DNA of 64,000 nucleotides from Octopus vulgaris (GCA_951406725.2 OX597836.1:19778001-19842000), one strand, 5' to 3'. Positions 26,097-40,679 are shown, numbered from the stretch's first letter. Translations and numbers: made by a program. The notes: a model not told the origin generated them from the sequence alone.

Positions 26097-26248
26097 ATAT
26101 TAAATTAGAGATAAAACCACTATTAGGCAAATCAAACAGTGAAAATCATAAGCCAATACATAGAAATAAAATTAATTAAAAAAATATAAAATATAAAATA
26201 TATATATATATATATATATACATGTATATGTGTGTGTATGTACGTGTG

Positions 26249-26294
<46 letters not shown>

Positions 26295-26411
26295 TATAGA
26301 AATTCGGGGTGAGTACTTGATAATTATAAGCACCTGTGTATACCGTTTGGTGGTGTAGGTGGTGGAGTAAATTGATCAAAATAAAAATAAAAACATGAGG
26401 CGAAGGATTCA

Positions 26412-26489
26412 GCGGTACATATGTTTCGGGCCTTTATTAGACAGATTTATAACAAAGCATAATGTATGTCTGTGGCCTTCTTCAGCCGC
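26412..26489 (-). ncRNA. Type I hammerhead ribozyme
   Basis: Sense: gcgg-CTGAAGA-aggcc..ggccc-GAAA-catatg-TA-ccgc. Confidence 0.85.
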
Positions 26490-26990
26490 GCACAACAGCT
26501 TCCACAAGGACATGTGTTACATCAAAAATTCTTGGTTGGGGATGCGAATCCTCTCGTTCACGTACGACATAATGCGGCAGCAGCATAGAATTGAAGCGTC
26601 CATCTCTTTCTTCTCTCAATGTAGAATGAGGAAACTTGGATGTTGAGGTAATGTAAATAAATAAATACGTATATAGAGGTGAAGATGGAGGGGCACAACT
26701 CTTTATATCTTTATCCTCTACATTTTTATATTATTCTATAAGTACATTTTTTATATATATTTTTTATCCCTTGTCCCGAACTCTCGCCCCTCCATCTTCA
26801 CCTCTATATACGTATTTATTTATTTACATTACCTCAACATCCAAGTTTCCTCATTCTACATTGAGAGAAGAAAGAGATGGATGCTTCAATTCTATGCTGC
26901 TGCCGCATTATGTCGTACGTGAACGAGAGGATTCGCATCCCCAACCAAGAATTTTTGATGTAACACATGTCCTTGTGGAAGCTGTTGTGC

Positions 26991-27068
26991 ACGGCTGAAG
27001 AAGGCCACAGACATACATTATGCTTTGTTATAAATCTGTCTAATAAAGGCCCGAAACATATGTACCGC
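26991..27068 (+). ncRNA. Type I hammerhead ribozyme
   Basis: cgg-CTGAAGA(26995)-aggcc..ggccc-GAAA(27053)-catatg-TA-ccg. Palindromic stem III, GUA triplet. Confidence 0.85.
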
Positions 27069-27107
27069 TGAATCCTTTGCCTCATGTTTTTATTTTTATT
27101 TTGATCA

Positions 27108-27183
<76 letters not shown>

Positions 27184-27460
27184 GTAACAAATTAAAACGG
27201 TGGCTTATTAGCAAATAGAACTTAGAGGCAAAATTAATAGCAGTCATAAAAGTAATGGAGGGTGCTTACTAGCACTGCTTATGCTAGAATAAGAGTTAAA
27301 TTAACTCCAAAGCCACTAAAGCCCTATACTTAATGACTGACAAAGGGAGGTGAGTCCCTAGCATCTATAGGCATATTGCAATTTTTAATTTTGGTGTAGA
27401 CCACCTTAATTCTCATCAGTGGCTCTTAATGCCTAGAGTTAAACTCAACTTCCTTTGTCA

Positions 27461-27585
<125 letters not shown>

Positions 27586-27784
27586 GGCATGGCTGTGTGG
27601 TTAGGGAGCTTGCTTCCTAGCTATATGGTTTCGGGTTCAGTCCCACTGCGTGGCACTTTGGGTAGGTGTCTTCCACTATAGCCCCGAGCCGATCGGAGCT
27701 TTGTGATTGAATTCGGTAGGTGGAAGTTACTGCCGTGTGTGTATGTGTGTGTATAGCTGCTCAGTGCCTGTCCGAAAGAGAGAG

Positions 27785-27884
<100 letters not shown>

Positions 27885-28700
27885 TTATATATATATGTAT
27901 ATAAAGTATGGGGGTTTAGTTCACAGGTGATCTAAATGATTAGGTACTCTAGGTAAGTGCTGTTATTGAACGTTGATGTGTTTGTGTCTTTTTTTCTGGG
28001 ATGTTTACAATATCAGGACTTTAACCCACATGGATTTACAGAGGATTGCACCTAAGGACTTGTGGACTTATAATCTACAACATTGGAAAGTTGAACTGTG
28101 AACTTTTATGCTTCTTTTTTCTTCTCTCTCTTCATCTCCTTATTCCTTTACCTCTGTCCTTTCATGTCATTTCATTAATCTATACCCTTCTCATTTTTCC
28201 TATTTGTCTCTGATGATGGAATATCCCATACTCTGGGATATATATCATCATCATCATCATCATCGTTTAACGTCCGCTTTCCATGCTAGCATGGGTTGGA
28301 CGGTTCGACCGGTGATCTGGGAAGCCAGAAGGCTGCACCAGGCTCCAGTCTTATCTGACAGTGTTTCTACAGCTGGATGCCCTTCCTAACACCAACCACT
28401 CCATGAGTGTAGTGGGTGCTTTTTACGTGCCACCTGGCTTCCGTGCAGGTGGCACGTAAAATGCACCAATCCGACCGTGGCCAATGCCAGCCTCGACTGG
28501 CACCAGTGCAGGTGGCACGTAAAAAGCACCCACTACACTCATGGAGTGGTTGGCGTTAGGGAGGGCATCCAGCTGTAGAAACACTGCCAGATAAGACTGG
28601 AGCCTGGTGCAGCCTTCTGGCATCCCAGATCCCCGGTCGAACCGTCCAACCCATGCTAGCATGGAGAATGGACGTTAAACGATGATGATGATGATGATGA

Positions 28701-28760
<60 letters not shown>

Positions 28761-28764
<4 letters not shown>

Positions 28765-29190
28765 GTATCTTGATTAAATGAAGTTTACATTGTCGTAAGA
28801 AGGTACATGTTAACATGAGGAAGATTCAATCCCATGGAAGATTCTGATCAAATCTTCCATCTGTTAACATGTGCTTCCTTGCAACACTGTAAACTTCCAA
28901 TTAATCAAGATACCCTTGGCTTGACGAGTAGCCTGCAGTATACACCTCACTTGGATATTTACCAATTCCGAGGTTCTGCTTGCTATGAAACATATGTAAC
29001 CCGGATCTTATCTACTCCATTCCTTAACTCTTGTATATGCTTTATGAGTTCACCGTGATCACCGTGACCGATCAGGCTATCAGATGTTGCTACACATCGC
29101 TGGTCACAGGGCGCTTCACATTGTTTTAGCCATCAGATGACGCCACCCCGCTGGCTAAGTGAGCAGGCCATTATGAGTTCAATAAAGACA
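28761..29190 (+). mobile_element. Older foldback (28761-28917) followed by a degenerate hammerhead (28913-29004) and AATAAA
   Basis: Arms aagggtatcttgattaa / ttaatcaagataccctt, then TTGACGA-gtagc..gcta t-GAAA-catatg-TA. Interrupted by a SINE fragment with TSD ttatgagttca. Confidence 0.6.
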
Positions 29191-29216
29191 TATATATACA
29201 CACAATAAATGGGCCA

Positions 29217-29254
<38 letters not shown>

Positions 29255-29461
29255 AACACACACACACACACACATATGCACACAATAAGCACAGTATCAG
29301 GAAATGTGTGAAGCAAATAAATCCTAATTTGGTTTAATCTAATTTAATTACTGTGTGACCTGACTGTTGAATTCCTTGTGGGAGTGCTTACTGTGGGTCT
29401 GCTTGATTTACTGAATCTAATTTTCGATTTTATTTGTGTGTGTGTGTGTGTGTGTGCATGA

Positions 29462-29493
<32 letters not shown>

Positions 29494-31511
29494 TGGTTTC
29501 CAATTTTGGCACAAGGCTAGCAATTTCAGGGGAGGAGTTAAGTCAATTACATCAATCCCAGTACTCGACTGGTACTCATTTTATTAACCCCAAAAGGATG
29601 GAAGGCAAAGTCGACCTCGCAGAATTTGAACTCAGAGTGTAAAGACGTATAAAATGCTGTTAGACATTTTGCCTGGCGTGCTAATGATTCTGTCAGCTTG
29701 CTACCTTGTATGTACATATATACTAATGGGACCATTTTAACCTAAACATACACATGGACAAACAAACACACACACACACATACACACACACACACACATA
29801 CACATATATGTGCAAATGCAAAACCACACACATATACAGATGTGTGCAAACCCAAGCATGCCTACAATAGCTCCCATGGGCTGATGAGTGCACAACCTCA
29901 ACTGTTCCCAGTATTTTAAGTCCTCGTTTTCAGCTGAGAACTCTGTGAAGTTTAAATAGAAGTGTTGCCTTACATATGAAAGCGTTAATTTAAATATAAA
30001 TTCATGAAACAACCTTAGGCAATAATGTGGTGAAAATGTATAAAAAACAAAAGACAGAGACAGATGAGGGAACAGCAAGCAGGTGTAAAGGTGGCGAGCT
30101 GGCAGAATCGTTAGACCACCAGGCGAAATGCGTAGCTGTATTTCATCTGCCGTTACGTTCTGAGTTCAAATTCCGCCGAGGTCGACTTTGCCTTTCAACC
30201 TTTCAGGGTCGATAAATTAAGTACCAGTTACGCACTGGGGTCGATATAATCAACTTAATCCACGTGTCTGTCCTTGTTTGTACCCTCTGTGTTTAGCCCC
30301 TTCTAGGTAGTAAAGAAATAGGTATTTCGTCTGCCGTTACGTTCCGAGTTCAAATTCCGCCGAGGTCGGCTTTGCTTTTCATCCTTTCAGGGTTGATAAA
30401 TTAAGTACCAGTTACGCACTGGGGTCGATATAATCAACTTAATCCATGTGTCTGTCCTGGTTTGTCCCCTCTGTTTTTAAGTAAAGAAATAGGTGTATTA
30501 GTTTGATGCTTGTGAACAATGGAAAAGTCTTTGGTGTTTTGAGCCTACACTCTTCAACAGATAAGAAGGAAGAGAGAAAACAGATGGAGAAAGAGAAGAA
30601 TAAAAAATGGAAAGAGAAAAAAACGTGCTGGGATTAATAGTGCCACATGTTGAAATGTGACAATGATATATTGAAATATCATTACTGGGGGAGCAATGAA
30701 AGCATCGTTAAGAATAAAATGCTTATTTTTCTTTCTGTAAATAAATACTTATTTGAAATCTTATTTATAATTGAGGTACAATATAATTTACAAACAATAC
30801 TATTTTTCTATTTTTGGGTTTAAAATCCTTAATAGGGATTATATCTTTTATGTTGCTTATAAAGTACAATGTTATTTATAAAATGATATTTTTGCAATTG
30901 TCTTTTTAGAAATCATTTGTTACCGTATTTCTGCAGAATTGTACTGCCTTTGTTTCAATCAGTTTTGAAAATAAAGAATTTAGTAAAATAATTTTGTTTA
31001 GGCGCAGGAGTGGCTGTGTGGTAAGTAGCTTGCTTACCAACCACATGATTCCGGGTTCAGTCCCACTGCGTGGCACCTTGGGCAAGTGTCTTCTACTATG
31101 GCCTCGGGCCGACCAAAGCCTTGTGAGTGGATTTGGTAGATGAAAACTAAAAGAAGCCCGTCGTATATATATATATGTGTGTGTGTGTATATGTTTGTGT
31201 GTCTGTGTTTGTCCCCTCAACATCGCTTGACAATCGATGCTGGTGTGTTTACGTCCCCGTAACTTAGCCGTTTGGCAAAAGAGACCGATAGAATAAGTAC
31301 TAGGCTTACAAAGAATAAGTCCTGGGGTCGATTTACTTGACTAAAGGTGGTGCTCCAGCATGGTCACAGTCAAGTGACTGAAACAAGTAAAAGAGAGTAA
31401 GAGTAAAGGGATCATAAATATACATGAAATTTTGTTGAAAAAGGTTTTAATTTAGATGACTTTAAAACAGAAAGTTTGTATCATAGGGCCAGTGGGGGGT
31501 GGTCCCCAAAG

Positions 31512-31865
31512 TCTATCCCCTCCTCACCATGGTGGGGACGCTGGCAACGGGTAGTGTCAGAGCTATGCTGTTGGGAACTTCGGTTCCTGGTAGGGCCACC
31601 CAAGGCGGATTGGTCTGACACTGAGTGGTATTAGGGCCACAACTGGTGAAAATCCTCGGAGTGTCTGTTTTGGCAACTGGCGGCTCTTTGGTTGTTCTGT
31701 CCCTGCGTCTGCGGACAATCTGCGGCAAACAGGATGTCTCTCTACATGCGGGATTGTTGGGGACCGCTTGTGAAATTCATATTCTTCCACCGCCATGGTT
31801 TGAGATGCCTCGAGGGTGGTAGAAGAAGCCGACTCAATCCGCCCAGGGTGAATGTTGCCACAAGT
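31512..31865 (+). mobile_element. Probable RTE-clade 5' UTR fragment
   Basis: GAGCTATGCTG...TAGGGCCACCCAAGGCGGA resembles the recalled RTE/BovB 5' region. GC-rich island in AT-rich DNA. Confidence 0.5.
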
Positions 31866-33369
31866 ACAAGTAAGTAAGTGGGGGTGGGGTCTCAGAACAC
31901 AAGGACTTATAAACCATACAATATTTAACCCTTTTGTTTCCACATTTTTGACTTTGTTTTGATTAATTTTGAAAATAATGAAGTATTCTGTAAAACTAGT
32001 TTGTCCTTGGGTTTGGAACATAAATTGGCATGAGATTTTGATGGAAGAAGGTTTTTTTTTTTATTTATATCACATTAAAACAAGAAGTTTGTGTCATAGA
32101 ACCAGGGGCCAGTTTCAGGCAGGTTGATAATTGAAATGGTTAAAATTTGTTTAAGTATATTTTGTTAGATTCTTTCATTTATATCAAATTCTCTGTTATT
32201 TTTCTGTTAATAACAGAATAACAAATACATACAAATATCACAATTCTTCCATTTTTGTGGAAAAAGATCCCTTAGTATTGTTATTTATTCATTAATTTTT
32301 CCCATTTTGTGAATTACTTGTCATAAAGAAAAAAATTCAGTTTCCCAAAAGCAATTCAGTTTTCCCTTTTAAATAATTTAAAACAAAGTTGTCTAAACTT
32401 CCATTATTCATTCTGCTTTTTTCCTCCATAAAATAATTTGTTAAAGAAAAATATAATAAAAATGGTTGTCTGCTGCTTGAAAATTCCCACAGAAAGCGAA
32501 GACATTTTTTTGTTTTTGAGAAGATTATTTCCAATGTAGGCAGTGTACTTGCAGAAAGGTTTACCTCTCCAGACCTACAGATTCTTTATATTTTTTACTG
32601 TCAACATTCAAATGTCTAAACTTCCATTATTCATTCTGCTATACAACTAAAGTATTACTGCTGCCACTGTTGTTGTTGTCATTGTTGTTTAGCCACCATG
32701 TCAGCACTTATGAAGCAGACCACATCACCCTATTTCTACATGATTCTACTTTTTAAATTAATTAACTCTTTAGCATTAAAGCTGGCCATATCCAACCAAA
32801 ATATTCTGTCTGTTTTATGCTCAAACTGGCCAGACCTGGTCTCTGCCATCTATCCTATAATTTCATTCTAAAAATAAACAATCATATCATCAAGATCTCG
32901 GATCTATCATATAATGCATGATTAATTAAAAACAAGATGAATAAATAAGCATTATATTAGACAGAATAATTTGAATGTTAAAGCAAAGGAACCTCAACAT
33001 GAAGCTTTTGGAAACCATAAATGAAAAAAAAAAATTGTTTCAAACTTTGGCACAAGGCCAGCAATTTTAGCGGGAGTTGGTGTTAGTTGATTACAGTGAC
33101 CCCGGTACTTGACCTGTACTTTATTTTATTGACCTTGGAGGGTTGAAAAGTAAAGTTAACCTCGGTGGAATTTGAATTCAGAACACAATGAGGAACAAGT
33201 GCTGCTAAGTATTTTGCTCAACTAGCAAACGATTCTGCCACTTCATTGCCTGGGTGCAGGGAGAATATAAGAAACGGGGGGCACGCCCAAGTTGCGAAAG
33301 GTTTACACTGGAAACTCTGTCAGAAATGAGGATTTGAAACTGGAGGTAAATGGTATGGTCATCAGGTTG

Positions 33370-33615
33370 AAAGAGTATAAGCACTGACATGACAAGGTAA
33401 GCCCAAAACTTTCACTGGCTACTATGCTGGAAGTATGGCTATGAGGTAATGGGTGCTTGGTACCAACATACACTGGAAAAGGTAATGGACAAAAATTGGA
33501 AAGCAAAGATCCTCTGGGACTTCGACTTCCAGATAGACAAGGTGTTAGAGCATCGAAGGCGAAATATATAGTAATCTTTAGGAGGGACAAACCAGAGTGC
33601 CTAATAATCTATACG
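33370..33615 (+). pseudogene. R4/Dong-type LINE C-terminal fragment (RLE endonuclease region)
   Basis: EYKH*HDKV../HWLLCWKYGY..WYQHTLEKVMDKNWKAKILWDFDFQIDKVLEHRR. Confidence 0.75.
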
Positions 33616-33659
33616 TTCTTTAGAGCAAGCAAGAAACTCATGGAAAAGATTATTTAAAT

Positions 33660-33959
33660 GGATTATGTAGCATAGAGTGGAATGTGCACAAGAAGGTGAA
33701 AAAGAGGAGAAAAAAGATGCAATAAGTGAGGGGGATAAGGCGGTCGAGGGTGCGTATTTTGGAGAGACTGGAATGAATGGTGACACACATAAGGTGGTAG
33801 GAAGTAGTATGGAGTATGGAGTATGGGTAGGATGGCAGAAGCAGAGTGGTAAGTGGGGTGGAAATGGAGGTGGAAACCTTTGGGGATGAGGTGGTGGTGA
33901 AGGCAGCGACTGAGAAATGAAATGTAGCTAGAGAATTGTGTTTTTTCTTTAAATTCCAT
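33660..33959 (-). pseudogene. Penelope-like element N-terminal ORF fragment
   Basis: YISFLSRCLHHHLIPKGF matches the FL-x2-C-x4-IPKG motif at the N-terminus of PLE ORFs. Abuts (TA)n. Confidence 0.6.
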
Positions 33960-33968
33960 ATATATATA

Positions 33969-34822
33969 TCTACTACATATGTGGGAAATTCTGTCAGTAG
34001 GTGTGTTTGTGGAGTTGTTAGCTAACTCCTCCTACATCGTTTTATCGATTTTGATAAAATTTGACACATGAATAGAACTCATGTCTGGAAACCTCATGGC
34101 ATACTCAGATTGTTGAAAAAAAAAAAAATCGATAATAGGGCCCCTGGAAGGGATCCTTATATATATCCAAGGGAAATAACCCATTCATTTTCCTAAATTA
34201 TTTGGTTAAAATGAAATTGAGTATGCTTATTTCTTGGTATTTGAACTGTTAGAATTATTTTCGCAATTTATCCAGTACAACCCTTAAACAAATAAATAGT
34301 ATTTTCCTAAACAATAGATCCACTTATTTTGGTTAATGACTTATTCACGAATATACCAACTCTAGTGCCCCTGAGGGTAATATTCTCTGGGAACGCACAA
34401 AAGCCCTTTTCAGAATAATTTACTTTGAATTGTTATTATCTCATATTTGATTAACCTGTTATTACGTAACATGCTTCATGATTTTAGTGTACATACCTTA
34501 TTAGTATTTCCTCCTATGTTCTATATACTCTGGGAACACATTAAAGCCCTTTTGGGGGCTACTTTATTTGAATTCTTACTATTGGGTAACTAATTTCATG
34601 TTATTACATAACTAACTATACAATTTGGGTATTCATAACTTATTGGGAATTCCTAAAAACAAGATCCTGTGTAAGACAGTTCAGTATTTTCTGTAAATGC
34701 ACAAAAACCATTTTAAGGGCTACATACTTTGTATTGTTGTTATTGGATTAGCGAAACAATTATGAGAATGGAACCAAGGGATAAGCCCCGTTTTCCTGGG
34801 AATTACTGGGTATGTCAACTAG
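33969..34822 (+). mobile_element. Non-autonomous Helitron (older)
   Basis: 5' A|TCTACTACATAT, 3' degenerate hairpin cctgggaattactggg followed by CTAG|T. Confidence 0.6.
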
Positions 34823-34850
34823 TATATATATATATGTGTGTGTGTGCAAG

Positions 34851-34955
<105 letters not shown>

Positions 34956-34956
34956 G

Positions 34957-35028
<72 letters not shown>

Positions 35029-36261
35029 TGTGTTAATGTGTGTATATACTGTTAAAACTCATAATTTATGCACTTTTTTCCCCAAAACAAAAATCAACTT
35101 TAGGGGATTTGTAAATTACATGAGTAGATCATTTCTAGAATTTCTTTAGAATTTTATTTTTTTGCAAAATGACGTACAAATGTAAACATTTGTACCAGAA
35201 GTTGACTCATTTAATGTCAGAGTAGGTTTTTACAGAAAAAAATATAATGAAGTTGACTTTTATTTATACTGGACGGTATAATGCTTACTTTTTCTCTATA
35301 AATTAGCTAAAAACCATTAAATGGTAAACTACTTTTTGAAGTTTGACATTCATGCTGGTAACCATGTTCTGGGCCATATTTTACATTGCTTGAAGTTTCT
35401 ACCTATTGCAATGGAGCCCAGCAATTTCTTTAAATAGATCAGTTTTCTCTGCTGAAGAAATCTAGCTTGCGTTTGCCTCCAGGAAGATATTGTTCACTTT
35501 CTTCACATTAGGACAATGAAATTCATCACTGCTGACATCACCGCTTCCAGTTCTTACAACATCTAACACCAACGACACCATTATAATTCATCCTTGCACA
35601 TGTAAACTCACTAAGTGAATATGACTTAGCGTTCCTACAGAAACCTTCATTTACCTTATACGATGTTTAATGTCGTTTCACATTCATGTTGAATTATGCA
35701 GTGATCTTATGTTCTCTTCATAGAACACTTGTAATGTACGTATTACCAGTTCTTTTGGTATAGTAGATTTTTGCTATTTTTGTTTATGTCTCCTCACAGA
35801 CAAGTATATTCTAACAAGTCACTTCTTAAACTTTGAACCTCTCTTGTTCAATAAACACCGAGTTAAACTTGAAAAGCTGTTTATTTTCTCCTTTTGAGTT
35901 TTAATGCTTATTTTAGTGGGTTACCAAACTATCAGTTTGGTCTCCCAGCTAAAACAGTAATAACAAATTTTTAAGTTTGCTCGACATTTTATAAGTGTGA
36001 AAGGGATTAAGATATCGATACTCCATATCAAAGGTTCCGACAAGAATAGGTAGAAAAACGGAAGAAAAACAGGAGTGGCTGTGTCGTAAGTAGCTTACTT
36101 AACAACCACATGGTTCTGGGTTCAGTCCCAATGTGTGGCACCTTGGGCAAGTGTCTTCTAATATAGCCTCAGGCTGACCAAAGCTTTGTGAGTGGATTTG
36201 GTGCTTGGAAACTGAAAGAAGCCTGTTGTATATATGTATATGTATATATATATGTGTGTTT

Positions 36262-36466
36262 GAACTTATTTCTGAGGTAAAGTCTTGGCTCCAGATGCAG
36301 CCTACTGACTTCTACAGATGAGGACTTCACAGCTGCATAAAGTGATGGGAGAAGTGTGTTACCATTGGTGCAGACTATGTAGAGAAGGACTAATAATTAT
36401 GCCAAGTTTCATTTGTCCCAGTCGTTGGGAAGTGGGTCAGGGAAATCTTTATTGAACACCCCTTGT
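36262..36466 (+). mobile_element. mariner transposase 3' fragment with TIR-like end
   Basis: EVKSWLQMQPTDFYR*GL..*WEKCVTIGADYVEK, ending in tttattgaacacccc. Confidence 0.75.
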
Positions 36467-36559
36467 GTGTATGTATACATACATACATATATACATACAT
36501 ACATACATATATACATACATACATACATATATACATACATACATACATACACACATACA

Positions 36560-36599
<40 letters not shown>

Positions 36600-36800
36600 A
36601 TAATGTGCATACATAAACAAATATACACAAATATAACTTTCACCACCACTGAATAATAGTTGTATGTCTAGATATACATACATTTATACATACATACATA
36701 TATACATTTATACATACATACATACATACATACATATTTTCATACATACACACATACATAAATATATACATAGAAACATATATACATATACACACACATG

Positions 36801-36834
<34 letters not shown>

Positions 36835-38114
36835 TATACTTGTGTGAAAGATGAGTGTATGTGAGTATATGTATATGTATATGCATGTTGTGTACGTATG
36901 CTAACATGTAATTTAATATGATTTACAGAACAATATTTTCAGTTATTATTTTCTTGAAAACATAATAAATTTTATTGAATTACATTTTATGTTCCACAGG
37001 GGAAACTTAAATTTCTCAGCGTTTGACACAGGAATATTGAAGTTACAATATAATTTGTAATGTTGGCCTAACCATTACGGAGTGCTGTGGCATTCTGTAT
37101 GTATTAGTTACAAGTTAGTTTTGGTATTCTATGCAAACTAATATACAATATTGTGTACAGCATTACGCAAGTGCATGTAATGGCTGTGCGGTTAAGAAAT
37201 GCTCTTTGCAACCATGTCACTTTGAGTTCAGTTCCAGTGATGGGCACTTTGAGCTTATGTCTCCTATTCAAGATTTGGGTCGATGAATGCCTTCTTCACT
37301 ATCATCATCATCACCATCATCATCACCACCACCACCATCATCATCACCACCACCGTCATCATCATCATTACCATTTAATGTTCATTTTCTATGCTGGCAT
37401 GGGTTGGTTGTTGACTCTTCAGAGTTGATCCACCCTTTGCCAAGTCTTGTATTTAATCCTGCAAGATGACTAAATGGCAAGAAAAACGCCCTCCTCACAA
37501 AGCGAGCTCTGTGGGGTTGCCAGTTTATTTGCTGATGACCCGGCACCTGTGATTTGATGGTTGGAATAAAAAAAGAGAGAGAGAGAGAAAGAGAGAGGGA
37601 GGGAGAGAGAGAGAGAGACAGAGAGAGAGAAGGAGAGAGAAGGGGTCTGCAAGAGAAGGGTACAGAAAGGGAACACAACAGACTTTGGTAGTAGTTCAGT
37701 TATAGAAACTGAAAGGCTTAAATATATTGAAGGGCAGCATGGGAGTTATAGCTGCTTATTACTAGGGTTGTTGTTATTTTATTTTCATTTTAGAGGTGGG
37801 ATATGTACAATACAACACCAGAACAGCTGTAGTGATATTTCACAAGAGAGAACAAGAAAAATGTTAGATGCTATTCATTATCTCTGATTATGCTAATGAG
37901 TAAGCTTAATGTTTATGATGAATTTATCATCTTTGGTGGGTTGTGCAGTACACACTTAGCACATCCAGAATATACGCCCTTGGTAATAAAATGATATAGT
38001 GTATATAGATTATAGCAACGAGGGATATGAGCAACTTTGTGCTTAGGTAACATAACATTATTTTATAATAATAATAAAAATATTAATAATAATAATGGAG
38101 TGGCTGTGTGGTAA

Positions 38115-38159
<45 letters not shown>

Positions 38160-38178
38160 TATATACATATATATATAT

Positions 38179-38470
38179 CAAAAGTGCTACACCCTAGCAG
38201 TTGAGGGAACCTGTGGAAGAGGTAGACCCAGGAAAACCTGGGACGAGGTGGTGAAGCACGACCTTCGAACTTTAGGTCTCACCAAGGAAATGACTAGAGA
38301 CCGAGACCTATGGAAGTATGCTGTGCGTGAGAAGACCCGGCAAGACTAGTCAGGCCATAACCCGTGGCCCCTACCTGGGATGTAGTCAGTCCACCTGTGC
38401 ATACCTTCCTTCTTGTGACACTTGTGAAGACCTGTTGAGGCAAGTGAAAATCAAAATCAAACCAAATCAA
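38179..38470 (+). mobile_element. LINE 3' end (RTE-group)
   Basis: VEGTCGRGRPRKTWDEVVKHDL..TRDRDLWK. Begins right after (TA)n. Confidence 0.8.
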
Positions 38471-38875
38471 AATAGATGAACATCAATGGAATTTGTATCT
38501 CTGTGGTACCAGTGCTGGTGGCACACAAAAAAAACCATCCGAATCCGATTGTGACAGTTCGCCAGCCTCATCTGGCACCTGTGTCGGTGGCACATAAAAA
38601 ACACCATCCGAGTATGGCCGTCTGCCAGCCTCGTCTGGCACCTGTGTCAGTGACACATAAAAAACATCATCCGAGCGTGGCCGTTCACCAGACTCATCTG
38701 GCACCTGTGTCGGTGGCACATAAAATCACCCACTACACTCTCGGAGTGGTTTGCGTTAGGAAGGGCATCCAGCTGTAGAAACACTGCCAGATCTGACTGG
38801 CTTGGTGCAGCCTTCGGGCTCCCCAGACCCCAGTTGAACCATCCAACCCATGCTAGCATGGAAAGCGGACGTTAA

Positions 38876-38907
<32 letters not shown>

Positions 38908-39129
38908 ATATATATACATATATATATACATATATATATATACACATATATACACACACACATATATATACATATATACGACAGGCTTCTTTCAGTTTCC
39001 GTCTACCAAATCCACTCACAAGGCTTTGGTCGGCCCGAGGCTATAGTAGACGACACTTGCCCAAGGTGCCACGCAGTAGGACTGAACCAGGAACCATGCG
39101 GTTGGTAAACAAGCTACTTACCACACAGC

Positions 39130-39164
<35 letters not shown>

Positions 39165-40160
39165 GAATATACATATACAACATATAATATATATCTAATG
39201 AATCTTATGAAAAAATAGTAACATATTTTGTAATATATCTTATTAAAAAGTAGTAACAGTTGAACATTGGCACCAAATCCTAGAAAAACAAGAATATTAA
39301 CACAAATATGCAGTAAGTACGAAGTATTAAGGCAGATTAGTTAATCTTTCAACAACAATAATCTGGTATATATGTCTGTTAATCCAATATATATATATAT
39401 GTGTGTGTATGTGTGTGTATGTATGTATGTATGTACTTACACACAGGTACATATATATGTTTGAGTGTGTGTGTGTGTGTGTGTGTGCATGGATGTACTT
39501 ATATTATTGATGTGGTTGCTAAAATCAATTTGTTTTCTAATATGGCTGAGACAATTTATAGGAACCTCAGTTACATCTGGTGCATTGTGAGATGATATGT
39601 ATATTTATATTTATTTATAATGTTTATAAAGAACCTATTAAAGTGCACAGCATTTAATTAATGAATTAGTACAGCATATGTTTCAATACATTCCAAAACA
39701 GATGTCTGGGAAAAGAATTAATGTTATTACACAGATAATTGTGTTATGAGTTTGTTGACTATAATGGTCACAGAGTACAGATAATACATAATCATTATGT
39801 AGTTGTCACTGAAACACATGTAAAAGTGTTATGTGAAATTAATTTCGTACTGTATTCTATACATGCGTAAGCGTGGCTGTATGGCCGAGAACTTTGCTTC
39901 CTAACTATGTAGTCTCAGGTTCAGTCCCGCAGCACAACACCTTGGGCAAGTATCTTTTCTGATAGCCCTGGGCTGACCAATAACTTGAGTGGATTTGGTT
40001 GATGAAAACTGAAAGAAGACAAGTAGCTTGCTTACCAACCACATGGTTCCAGGTTCAGTCCCAGTGTGTGGCACCTCGGGCAAGTGTCTTCTACTATAGC
40101 TTCGGACCGACCAAAGCCTTGTGAGTGGATTTGGTAGACGGAAACTGAAAGAAGCCTGTC

Positions 40161-40220
<60 letters not shown>

Positions 40221-40679
40221 TATGTATATGTGTCTGTGTTTGTCCACCAACATTACTTGACAACCGATGCTGGTGTGTTAACGTCCCCATCACATAGCGG
40301 TTCGGCAAGAGAGACCGATAGAATAAGTACTAGGCTTACAAAGAATAAGTCCTGGGGTCAATTTGCTTGACCAAAGGCGGTGCTCCAGCATGGCCACAGT
40401 CATATGACTGAAACAAGTAAAAGAGAGAGAGTAAATACTGTAATTTGTTCCCCTGGGATTGTGGTTTCAAATACAGCTCTATGTACTTTCTCTGCTATAA
40501 AAACAAGAACAGAGTAAAAGTTCATTAAGATTTGTTAAAGCCCAATTAGTGTTAAGGTAATTAAACAGGCAACAATGGAATGAAATAGAAGACCTAATAT
40601 ATAAAATACATAACATCCAGATTTACTAACAGGGAAAATAAATATTAACTGTTTTATCTATATATCTATCTATCTATCT

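Larger units (their letters stand above)
26297..27109. mobile_element. Foldback element (inverted PLE pseudo-LTR-like) in (TA)n
   Basis: Near-identical 324-bp arms at 26371-26694 and 26786-27109. Unpaired tail at 26297-26370. Confidence 0.9.

Noticed and set aside
26395-27247. Identical ~80-aa ORFs on opposite strands
   Set aside because: A consequence of the inverted repeat, antisense to the ribozyme strand, with no protein motif.
31513-31556. HDV-like ribozyme at the RTE 5' end
   Set aside because: A possible P2 (ctatcc/gggtag) is visible, but P1, P3 and P4 could not be fitted by eye.
35050-35995. Possible pogo/Tigger remnant
   Set aside because: Too decayed to define TIRs or a continuous transposase motif.
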